This document shows positions 41,301-49,965 of a DNA stretch of 64,000 bases, piece after piece. The number at the start of each line of letters is the position of its first letter. Positions within the stretch are counted from its first letter, which is position 1. The translations under genes and the position numbers were made by a program. The notes below the pieces were generated by a model. It was not told the origin of the DNA, did no database searches, and was given only the letters and a program-made list of their open reading frames with translations. Source of the stretch: Phoronis australis (taxonomy: Eukaryota > Animalia > Phoronida); contig NMRA01000174.1 of assembly GCA_002633005.1 (NCBI GenBank), forward strand, positions 456,030-520,029, given 5' to 3'.

Positions 41301-44300
41301 TAACAGCATTTTTGAGATTTCATCCTGGGACATTTGTATCAAATGAAATTAAGTCATGTTGCTGATAGCACCGTTTTGTTATCGATGTACTTTTCTTTTT
41401 TATTAATTCTTACCAAAAAATACATGGTCACATGGCCCATTTAACGAGCGTTAAAAATTCAAAATCTAATTCTACAGGTTTTCCACTTTCTGAAAATATA
41501 CATTTTCATTGAGTTAAAATCTATAACTTTTAGGCATTCAGCTAAACACAGATATGTGAATGAGGTCCTAAGTAACCTTATAGTAAAAGTATTTTAAAGT
41601 ACTTGACTGTCCCTGACATGGGATGGCACCACTGGTCTGCCTCCTAAGTAACTAAGTAGTACAAGTGACTATACTATACTATACTATACTAGTAAAAACA
41701 ACAAGTAATTCATAACATAATGAGGTTTGTAACTCACTTTTCAGTGAAGTAGCATGTGATACGAGTGACATGAGGAAACCCTGCATCCATGTCTAGACAT
41801 ACTGACATGACCAGTTGTCCACTGACGTGTAGGTCATCAACCGACAACAGCAGAGGGACATTACTCCTGAAGAGGGAGTGCAAGACGTTAAATTTATAAA
41901 ATGTGAAAAAAATCATGACTGCTTACAGTCATCCCTAAGTGGCACTTTCAGATTCACATCAGGGCTCGACATAACGAGCTGCAGGTCGCATTTGCGACCT
42001 GAAATTTGGAAATGCGAGCTGAGATTTTTGTCAGCTCGTATAAAGTCACAAAATGCGACCTGGAATTTCCAACGAATGCGAGCTAAGTTTTTACACTTCT
42101 CAACAGATACCTGGCAAATACAAAACAGCTCTTGTTAATCCGACCGTTATTTGGTTGTTGCCAAATACAAGTTCAAAAGAACACTAACAGGCCTCCCGAT
42201 GACTTGTAAGCAAGTCGCGTGATCATGGGATATGCAGAATCAATCTTTGACGCGTTTCATTGGCTAACACTTTCGGCCACTTTTGTAAATTCCCGGATTC
42301 GTCGAGGAAAGTTTCGGGCCACTGCTTACACGTGATAAAACTTCACATAACAACGGTGTTTCTATTAATTCTTAAGTGATCAACTTACCAAACTTTGTGG
42401 TGGACAAAAATGCTTATTTTTCGCATAAGATGTCCTTATTACATGTACCAAATATCCACGACAATATCCCTGATATCGCACTGCGGCACCGTTAGCGCGC
42501 AAGCGGTCCTGGCAGACAATCATGACTTAGACTGAGATGTGCTTCTCCTTTTATCGTATTAAGACAGCCAAAGTGAAAATGACAACCTTATTAATCGCCA
42601 AACGACCGTCACGTCTTTACTTTCAGTTGCCAAGAAATTCTCAAACCCTTTACTTGTCTCTGGGGCTACTTGCGCGAAATATGATTTGTCTTTCACACGT
42701 TGTTGCCAACGTAAAGTGTAGGCCTACTCCAGCGATTCAAGTGCGTGAACTCACGTCTGCGCACCACTTCAAAGAACAGCGACAGTCCTAAATGAAAGAG
42801 TATACCGGCTTGGCTCTGTTTTTTTTTTTNNNNNNNNNNNNNNNNNNNNNNNNNNNNNNNNNNNNNNNNNNNNNNNNNNNNNNNNNNNNNNNNNNNNNNN
42901 NNNNNNNNNNNNNNNNNNNNNNNNNNNNNNNNNNNNNNNNNNNNNNNNNNNNNNNNNNNNNNNNNNNNNNNNNNNNNNNNNNNNNNNNNNNNNNNNNNNN
43001 NNNNNNNNNNNNNNNNNNNNNNNNNNNNNNNNNNNNNNNNNNNNNNNNNNNNNNNNNNNNNNNNNNNNNNNNNNNNNNNNNNNNNNNNNNNNNNNNNNNN
43101 NNNNNNNNNNNNNNNNNNNNNNNNNNNNNNNNNNNNNNNNNNNNNNNNNNNNNNNNNNNNNNNNNNNNNNNNNNNNNNNNNNNNNNNNNNNNNNNNNNNN
43201 NNNNNNNNNNNNNNNNNNNNNNNNNNNNNNGGGAAAATTTTGCGACCTGGCATTTACGAATGCGAGCTGGATTTTGAAAATGCGACCTGGGATTTTGGCT
43301 AGGTCGCAAAATGCGACCTGGCGATTTTAATAGCGTCGAGCCCTGCACATGTAGGGTACACTTGGGAATTAGCTGTTTTTACAGAGAGGTACCATTTTTT
43401 GTAACCTCCAATAACGTTTATTCCTTATGTCCATATACCAGAGTCTTTGTTTCTTTTTATGTTTTGTATATAGTACATCATAATATATAGCCTTTCTTGA
43501 CCACCCACCTCTTGTTTTACTCTGGAACGTAACTCGTAGGCAAAACAGATTCCAATAATAACATTTTGAGGTACAAGTCAGCGTTATAAATTTTGCACAA
43601 CTACGCACACTAATGACCGGGAGGAAATCACCGATTGCTACTGTGGCTAGTTATTCCTCCACAAACAATATTCAAAGCTTCTTTCCATTGAGTTAAATCC
43701 ATTTACTATATAGGTAGGTTGACCTAAACAATGAACTTAATTTGAGAATTTCCATAAGCTTCAGTTAACCAAAATTGACAGGATCAGCAAAAATATCGCA
43801 AGGTAGTGCTGCGATTTTAAACTCCAAGTTTTAGATATGTGTAACATTTTAAATAGATGTCAAGTACATATTCATATAATAACTGAAATCAAATGTATGG
43901 CGACTATTTGAAGAAACCACAAATTTTTAACACAACACTTGCCACTTTTAGCAGCAACAACTGACGATAAAATCAATCACACCCAAGTTAAGTGTTCTCA
44001 TTATTTATAGTGACGCCTTCCTGATACTGCATATTAATCTTGTGCTTTTAAATTCAATACCAGGTCAAATTCAACAATTCCCACTGACCCACATTTCCAT
44101 GTGTCCAAATATCGACGTTAAATGAGAAAAGGCCACTTTTTCAATTTATATCACTTACCAGTCACTGCGCACTTTACAACTGACAGTCATTTGGAATGTT
44201 GGGGGACTAAAATTCACAACAGCATTCAACACCAGTTTGTGATTAGCGACCTGGTCAGGCACAAGCAATGGACGGTTATCGTCTACAAATTTGATACTGT

Positions 44301-47300
44301 GAATGGTTGGTGCTGCATTGCCCAAATTCAACGAGGACACTTTCAATTCAGCTGAAACAATGAACAAGTAATCTTGTAAATAACGCTTACAATAATTAGG
44401 CCAGTGAAACACTTCTCTTCAACTTCAACTGTAATTAAACATATACATGCTAAAGTGATTACATAATGAACTCCACTCACTTCCATAGTCATCTACTAAG
44501 TAGAAATGTACATTACAAATTTTTCCCTAGTGATACCTAAGTACTGCACAAATCTCTAAAATACAACACTAACTCCAAAACAAAATTATCTTAACACATG
44601 CAGGTTCCTAACACATTCCAGGCTGGGCCATTCAGCATTCATAGAGGGTAATAAAACAATTATCTTCTCAGCCAGAGCCATAAACCCTTGCTGTGTTTAG
44701 TTACACAGTCCAACTGTGACAGTTGTATACTAAAAGCTGCAGCTTCACAAAAGGGCCTTTCATACTAACGTCGATGCGTCGATGGTTTGGGGAGTTGCGG
44801 TCAGTATGAACGCTTAACTCCGGTCCTGGATCGCAGTTAACAGCTCCAGTTAACATCGCAGTTAATAGGTGGATTTAAGACCGCAGCGTCGACGCTGCGG
44901 TGCAGTATGAACGCTTAACTCCGGTCCAATCGAAGTTATCGCCAGGTGCCACTGTTATCGTCAAGAGTTACAGAGTAGTGCCGTCACTAATAACTACTTA
45001 TTTTTTGGTTTAATGATAACCAATCGATTTAAAAATGAGTTTTATGTCATTTAGCACATTTAAATGTTCCAAATTGTCACATTGAAAAAAATCTTAGCGT
45101 GCAGCGCTACCTTGCGATAACTTCTATGACGTCAGCGTCACTAACCCTTTACTTCGATGGTCATTAACTACCGAAGCCAGTATGAACGGTCCAGTTAACT
45201 GAGCTGTTTACGTCGACGCTCCGCTCAGACCGGAGTTAAGTCAATATGAAAGGGCCTAAAGAACTGCTCTCACTGACCATACATGTTATTTTCAAAAGGA
45301 CTATTGTGTGTGAACAACACTCATGATTTATAATGATGGTCATCAAAATTCTAAGCCACTATGGGAACTAGTAATCCAAAATGACAGCCATAACCAGGAG
45401 AAAAAAATAGGTGATTACGAAATTTTCTCAACATATCATTGAATAGTACAATACAATTTGTGGTGCAAAAATTTAAGACTACTAAACGTTAAAAAATCAC
45501 CGAGTTACTGAATTTAATGTTCAAAAAGTAACAGGCAACATTTCGATAATAACACTTGTCACGTTTCCAACAAATGAAGACACTCCTCAACAGCCAACAT
45601 TCAAAAGTTAAACAGTGTAAGAATAACAATACAGAGCATTCTAGGTGATGTGTTCAATACAAGTTTAGGCAGAATATGTAAACATAACTTCTACTAGGCC
45701 TGTTTTCACACAAAGCAAAACAACAAGTCTTCTTGTAAAAACAACTTACAAAAGAAGTTCGATGAAGCGCGAGATACTGCAATGTTCAGCTGGTCTCTAG
45801 CTAAACTTGAGAGAGTCTTAGAGGAGAAAGACCACCTGAAAAGGAAAACTATGATGATATCAAAAAAGTTAATTTTTCAAAAATAAAGTATCGTGTAAAC
45901 TTTTGTCTATATTTAGCATGCTCTTTTTCGTAATTGATAACATTTTGTTGCAAAACTTAACCATCCTGTGGGTACACGTAAAAATTGTTGACCTTGACAA
46001 ATAAGTAATACCATAGAAAACCATGTGTCAAAACGTGCAACTCCTTACCAAACTCAGAACCCAGTCAAATTGTCTGCTTTCAGTAAAATGCGTAAGATAG
46101 TGCTGACTGCTGAGTGACAATTTCACATGGCTTCTGTAGGATTATGCCATAGTTTTTATAACTGCTGTATTATAACAACATGCTATGTCTGTACCAAGAC
46201 CTTGTTTGTATACCACAGCCGGGATGTCAAGAAATTTGACAAAATATTATTTTTAATTGCACTAGTCGGCCATGCTGTGTGCTAATTAAATTAGTGAAGA
46301 ATTACCCCACTTATTTACTTCTGAACATCTTCATGAACATGTTAAGGGTGAAATAAGTGTAAAAGTATGCATGTAAGCCTACTAAACAAGACTATAGCTG
46401 TCAATATGAAAACCAGGTTCCTACATAAGCTTATTTTCAGAGATGCAGTAAATGTCAAGTCACTCTAATGTTAGCTGGCTGGCAAATTTCCAAAAAAAAC
46501 AGTCATAAAAAAGTTATACTGTAACACACAATGAGAACCCAAGACAAAGACAAGTCTTTGACTACCTAAGTATCACCTTGCAGTATGTACTGTTAGTGCA
46601 CCATTCAGTTAAGCACACCTACTCCATAGAATTCCCAAGTCTCATTGAATAGTGAACAAATAACTTAAGTTCAGTTAAACATAATGATAATGTAACATTG
46701 GAATTTTCAACAAAGGGCACTTGTAATTCACTGAGTGGTTTCATAACAGGGCTTTGTCCAGGGGCTGCTTGCAGAGAAAAGTAAATAAACAGTGCATACA
46801 GATTATACAGATCAGCTGAGTATTTTAAGTACATTTTTGAACACAGGCAAAGTGAGCTAGTGTTCTAGTGTTTCTTGAAGTTCATTGATAAATTTAAAAT
46901 AGGTTGTGCTGCAATGCTTCTTAAACCTGGTTTACTTTTTACAAGGAAAATTCTGGTCATGTAGATTCATTGACAGAGAGGTGACTTTATAAAGTAGTCA
47001 ATAGGCTATTTTATAAAATTAATAAAATTATTATAGAGTAATGAGCATTTATTAAAAGGAAAACTGTTTGGCCTGGGTCAAAGCACCAATAAAAAGTTAT
47101 ACTCTCTATCATTAGCGACGACAACAAAAACATGCTGCAAATTGGCGAGTGTTAAACAAACTCATCAATAACTGCATGAAGAAATTGAAACCTGTACCTC
47201 AAGGCTTACCAATAACAATGGAACATTTTTAAAAACAAAGGGAAACAACTTCAGGTATAAATCAGGAACACGTACCACGATTTAAAAACACAATTTAACC

Positions 47301-47523
47301 AATCAGCTGTTTCACAATCACCAATGCTTTGTCTTTTCACTTCTTGTGAATGATTCCTGTTGCTGGTGGCCGGGGGCTGGTGTGACAACAACTGTCTCCA
47401 GACAGAGTACATAAACCCAGCAGTGACCAGCATCCAAGTGAAGGAACAGCCACATGTGCCTAGCAGCCATGAAATCGAAATCGACGTGAAGAGCACTAGA
47501 AGTTGAGCAACCTCGTGCAGCAT
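17135..47523 (-). CDS. Extended-synaptotagmin/tricalbin-like protein: N-terminal membrane hairpin, SMP lipid-transfer domain, four C2 domains, long disordered linker; ~1254 aa, 25 exons
   Basis: Phase-consistent exon chain (minus): 47276-47523, 45750-45835, 44159-44351, 41738-41866, 40780-40967, 39455-39517, 38947-39068, 37722-37837 (tentative), 35630-35766, 33154-33260, 32163-32246, 31309-31398, 29848-29977, 28651-28721, 27049-27121, 26385-26456, 25833-25972, 24345-24434, 23167-24039, 22693-22892, 22249-22298, 20059-20173, 19656-19761, 18073-18184, 17135-17304. SMP hallmarks: ETADWLN..FKSWW, LNLGNAAPTI, FTEKPEVWF, LTEIPII..MVDP. C2 hallmarks: RAKDL..GFSDPYC..PVWEE..WDRD..DFLG. Confidence 0.87.
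18073..18184 (-). CDS. SMP-C2 gene exon (C2D)
   Basis: catag|VDTGSGVSMDALMIFDVKNTYKEYIASKGLTLKYLIQ|gtaatg. Confidence 0.8.
19656..19761 (-). CDS. SMP-C2 gene exon (C2D)
   Basis: ctgcag|RPAEQRIQKLSQGKVLGKSSRMKPETVCDFNKSFV|gtaagg. Confidence 0.8.
20059..20173 (-). CDS. SMP-C2 gene exon (C2D start)
   Basis: LSLNITEEKYYYVVGKLLKARGIHNLKGDLYCKIRLD; |gtgagt. Confidence 0.83.
21560..22040. repeat. Degenerate interspersed repeat with ~140-bp internal units (HINE/satellite-core type)
   Basis: Repeated tttaggagatacagc(c/a) motif at ~21818 and ~21958, followed by a ggacagac-like tail; boundaries approximate. Confidence 0.4.
22249..22298 (-). CDS. SMP-C2 gene small exon
   Basis: ttgcag|LSSLGSTHSVSADKGS|gtaagt; phase 2-1. 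Confidence 0.75.
22693..22892 (-). CDS. SMP-C2 gene exon (disordered region)
   Basis: ttttag|LDDPIAHRINIAYEKAIQPKRRSGTSQMRRAGSEPNVQKVSQRRPRLSGSELHRSNREDWAMKKSD|gtaaga; phase 0-2. Confidence 0.78.
23167..24039 (-). CDS. SMP-C2 gene large exon (C2C end + Ser/Arg-rich disordered region)
   Basis: 873 nt open; GSPHWFQLQGVPSGHLQCSIKV...RRTSRQESSDSVFDG...METNLDDVQ|gtatgg. Confidence 0.88.
24345..24434 (-). CDS. SMP-C2 gene exon (C2C)
   Basis: tttcag|IIWDRDRLFVKDFLGSVTLGIDEIQKISSQ|gtatga. Confidence 0.9.
24720..25200. repeat. ~3 diverged ~140-bp tandem units with TGACCTT/TCAAGGTCA motifs (HINE/satellite-core type repeat)
   Basis: Recurring ccttc(c)ttgagat(a)...ttttccccaagtcaaaac at ~24758, ~24890 and ~25038. 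Confidence 0.55.
25439..25502. repeat. Exact 32-bp tandem duplication
   Basis: acttcacacccttactacttaggctcacccat x2. Confidence 0.85.
25833..25972 (-). CDS. SMP-C2 gene exon (C2C)
   Basis: FSDPYCEIKIGPEVKFRTTTKCSTVAPVWEENVTMVMPSDEDFLEL; |gtaagt. Confidence 0.9.
26385..26456 (-). CDS. SMP-C2 gene exon (C2C start)
   Basis: GVTPPLVDFAILRAKDLISTKPS; |gtaaga; phase 1-1. Confidence 0.83.
27049..27121 (-). CDS. SMP-C2 gene exon (linker)
   Basis: tttcag|AKRKLPSQMSQASSDSATVDSGFR|gtgggt; phase 0-1. Confidence 0.72.
27267..27932. mobile_element. Tc1/mariner-pogo-type MITE (TA-flanked), degenerate
   Basis: TA|ctgtaaaatttcct ... aggacaatttacgg|TA imperfect TIR. Confidence 0.45.
28651..28721 (-). CDS. 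SMP-C2 gene exon (linker)
   Basis: ttgcag|KHFLLMEEFILNNFPSERPSSAK|gtagtt; phase 1-0. Confidence 0.7.
29848..29977 (-). CDS. SMP-C2 gene exon (C2B end)
   Basis: ttgcag|NEPKIVEKAVPVQRHVITADTNPMCGSLIVSLVFRPVLALSKP; phase 0-1. Confidence 0.78.
30195..30912. other. Assembly gap (N run) inside an intron
   Basis: Run of n; the flanking exons join in phase without it. Confidence 0.99.
31309..31398 (-). CDS. SMP-C2 gene exon (C2B)
   Basis: ttccag|CLLTVVIHHNDGLPASDSNMLGVAHVKLSW|gtaaga. Confidence 0.83.
32163..32246 (-). CDS. SMP-C2 gene exon (C2B)
   Basis: tttcag|ICVSSSVPNTIKPNWGCLSEFIVPDYTK|gtattg. Confidence 0.83.
33154..33260 (-). CDS. SMP-C2 gene exon (C2B)
   Basis: AGVTQVLVHGAESLRSTQGDKSPNPYCIIYADRQK; phase 1-0. 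Confidence 0.85.
34330..35340 (-). mobile_element. Decayed Penelope-like retroelement (RT thumb + GIY-YIG endonuclease remnant)
   Basis: Frameshifted peptides: SVLKFTYE..KMSCLDVL..FVTSVYRKPTDLGSCLNAQSDCP; NFIKRAYGVSSDWDLFNSE..IKQTLVNNSYS; IFYYHNQM; YYQNFKTHSLVMKN; HLQNGA; DNTTIRYTEKDKNRLLLLESLII..EPVLNPQLTGYSKALSLF. Confidence 0.85.
35630..35766 (-). CDS. SMP-C2 gene exon (C2A end/linker)
   Basis: VKTNVCDNLCGENGDGFVRLFLVMEYSPLQPTVLDDSPVNSPAND; |gtaagt; acceptor taag is less certain. Confidence 0.72.
37722..37837 (-). CDS. SMP-C2 gene exon (C2A), tentative
   Basis: ctgcag|GIDLDEYAVDVKSSEWFCAVFNNRGAWSFIAFYYNLSQ; supplies the phase 0-to-2 bridge the chain needs, but the donor (gtggag) is weak. 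Confidence 0.5.
38947..39068 (-). CDS. SMP-C2 gene exon (C2A)
   Basis: ECENSIIQLGQQERCLSYNSSVDRWEGTISFLVHDMASQS; |gtgagt; phase 1-0. Confidence 0.8.
39455..39517 (-). CDS. SMP-C2 gene exon (start of degenerate C2A)
   Basis: ttttag|; AACGVLTICVEGGVFNCRNK; |gtaagt; phase 1-1. Confidence 0.78.
40780..40967 (-). CDS. SMP-C2 gene exon (SMP end)
   Basis: PEVWFSLKLLNVLPLTEIPIIKSYVHTLIMEALAHQMVDPFAINITIGLPG; phase 2-1. Confidence 0.87.
41738..41866 (-). CDS. SMP-C2 gene exon (SMP)
   Basis: SNVPLLLSVDDLHVSGQLVMSVCLDMDAGFPHVTRITCYFTE; |gtgagt; phase 2-2. Confidence 0.87.
41960..43345. mobile_element. hAT-like non-autonomous element with 5-bp TSD (spans an assembly gap)
   Basis: Perfect 11-bp TIR cagggctcgac / gtcgagccctg; TSD cacat on both sides; subterminal tgcgacct/tgcgagct repeats at both ends. 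Confidence 0.88.
42830..43230. other. Assembly gap (N run)
   Basis: Run of n inside the hAT-like element. Confidence 0.99.
44159..44351 (-). CDS. SMP-C2 gene exon (SMP)
   Basis: ELKVSSLNLGNAAPTIHSIKFVDD...LVLNAVVNFSPPTFQMTVSCKVRSD; phase 1-2. Confidence 0.85.
44753..45256. mobile_element. PIF/Harbinger-type MITE
   Basis: TIR gggcctttcatact / aatatgaaagggcc; TAA on the right, AAA (mutated TWA) on the left; internal repeats cagtatgaacgcttaactccggtcc x2. Confidence 0.78.
45750..45835 (-). CDS. SMP-C2 gene exon (SMP)
   Basis: ttcag|; WSFSSKTLSSLARDQLNIAVSRASSNFF; |gtaagt; phase 2-1. Confidence 0.8.
47276..47523 (-). CDS. SMP-C2 gene first coding exon (hydrophobic hairpin + SMP start)
   Basis: ATG with an in-frame stop just upstream; MLHEVAQLLVLFTSISISWLLGTCGCSFTWMLVTAGFMYSVW...CETADWLNCVFKS; donor |gtacgt. 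Confidence 0.85.
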
Positions 47524-48839
47524 TTTCAGTTAATTCCGTACTCCAATAGTCTCCGATCCACAATAGAGCTAAAAATTCCAATTAAGCATGTTAACATTCA
47601 GAAATTGTAAACATTGGCAGCATGCCAAATTCCACCTTTTGCCATCGTCAATATATTTTTATTTTCATTACAACTCCATGAACACAAACTAAAAGAAAAA
47701 ACAATAAAGCACACAAAAACAATTAGCATTCCCAATATTGCTAAAAACTGTTCCTATGTATAAAGTTTCAAGTGAAAAACCCCAGTAGAGGATGCAGAAC
47801 CCAGAATCGTGACCAGAGGAAAGATCTACAGTACAAGACAAAAGTAATCAGACAAAATACCATTTTCCAATCATGACACCCAAGTGTCTGTAAACAGCAA
47901 AAATTACTGGTAATAACTATTTAGCCCGGCAAAATTCTAATTTCTGAATGGCTTTTTAGCCACCTTATCAATATCAAATGACGTATCAGAAATGTGCTTC
48001 ATAAAAGCTTAAATGTCCAAATATGCGATAGTAATTTTTCAGCGGACACATGGTTATGGGAGACTATGTCATCGAGGATCTGTGATGGCTACTTAATTCC
48101 GACAACGTCATCGAATAAAAAATAAAATGCCGGACCCCAGTTCTAATTTAGCTGAACTCCGGATGATAAATAATAAACATGTTTACCTGGTTTTTGGCTT
48201 AGTGAAGTAGTGGTAACAATCAAAAGTATTGAATTCACAAGTCAGGGAAAGTGATGGCCAGTGATACTCAAGAGTTGATTTTGCACTAGGCCTACCTGCC
48301 TGCTGTAGACCAAGAGACTGACCCAATACTAGTTTCATCTGACAAAGTAATTTGTAGTGGTTCATAGGTTACGGGTCTCTGACCATCTATAATCTATAGA
48401 GTTTGACATTTGCCAAAACCGCGAAAAACACATGATCACGAAAACAACAATATTAGGGACGTGACAAAAAAATTCAAATTCTTATTTAATGTTTAAAAAT
48501 GGATTGATTTAAAAAAACACCAAAAACAGATGCAAACAAAAAAAAAATTAACAAAATCCGTTGAGCCGTTGACTTTTTATGAACGTTTGAAGAGCAATAA
48601 TTAGCCCTTTTTTTTAGTCCACTGAATACATGGGAATGAATGCGCATTGATGTGACCCAAAATTAGTTTTTTCACAATAACTTCCTCAATACTTTCAATA
48701 ACAACATGAAAATTTCAGGATATGACAATCCTAGCATTTACTTGGTGAGAGACATTTTTAAGACAACAAAAAATTCCAAATTCCAAAATGGCGGACAATA
48801 TGGCCACCATTATGACTGCAAAAACGTCTTATTGTTTTA

Positions 48840-48868
48840 NNNNNNNNNNNNNNNNNNNNNNNNNNNNN
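48840..48868. other. Assembly gap (N run) in the divergent-promoter interval
   Basis: Run of n flanked by transposon-like sequence. Confidence 0.99.
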
Positions 48869-49812
48869 TAAAGCACGTGCAAACTCACTGCAGTTTTTAG
48901 TATCACTTAGGCTTCTTGATATGACACCCGCACGTGCGCGGTCGGGGTTTGACTTGAGTTTAAAAACAAACGAAAAAATGGAACAGTGACATATTGTCAG
49001 TTCAATGAGATGGTGTCATTGTGGAAAAAGATTTTATTTTCAACTTTTATAACCGATTTTGCGATCGTCCATTTTAGGCCGACTTGGGCCGGGTCTAAAT
49101 TGCACCCTCTCTCGGTGAAATCAAAACGAGGCAACGCTGTAAAAAACGAGACGGTGCCGGACATTGAATGCATTACAACGGAACAAAAATTGGTGTTATT
49201 TAATTCTCAGATTATGCTTCAAGTAAGATTCTATGAAATGTCCGATATTTAGGTTCCGTCCGATAATTAGGTACACTATGTGTATGACGATGTACTGATC
49301 ACCAGTTACTGAGGTAGAAAATTCCACCTCGGGGCACCTGTCCACTGCCAGTTGCCGAGCATTCCAAAAATGTCGGCCAAGAGGCATTGACCATTTGCTG
49401 GTGATTTTGATTGGTCTTTATCTGTTGTGTGTTATTCGAGTTTGATGTGTACATACTACATGACAGTGCTCGGTAGGCCTTGAAATTACATGACCATGAC
49501 AGTACTCAGTAAGCCTTGAAATTCATCAGAGGTGCCCAACTAGTAGTAGTACTACAGTCATTTGTACCAAGCTCAAATCTGTACAAATCTGGTGTTCAAA
49601 TAAACCACCAGAGATCCTTCTTTCTCTTGATAAAATGCCATTAATTTGTCACTTGCAGTTGAAACCTATTCTGGTCTTGTTGGATAGATTTTGCCAGTTA
49701 ATTGGCTATAGATGTAAATTGCAAGGAGACTGACAAATCAAAAGGTCAAAACATTTTCCTTGAGTAAATGTGAATCATGCAGGTGTTTTGAAACAAGTTA
49801 ATTCCATTTCAG

Positions 49813-49965
49813 GCAGCTAAGTTACTGCAGGCGCTCAAGGATTATTATTCTTCAACTAGTGACAAAGAGAATGATACGAGTAGCCAACAGAACTCTCCCT
49901 CCACCGTCATTAACGAAGACGCAAGCCTGACCTCCAAGTTAAATGAATCATCAGACTTTGAAAAG
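49813..49965 (+). CDS. NUSAP1: NuSAP exon (SAP end); alternative donor at 50010
   Basis: tttcag|AAKLLQALKDYYSSTSDKENDTSSQQNSPSTVINEDASLTSKLNESSDFEK|gtgagc. Confidence 0.8.
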
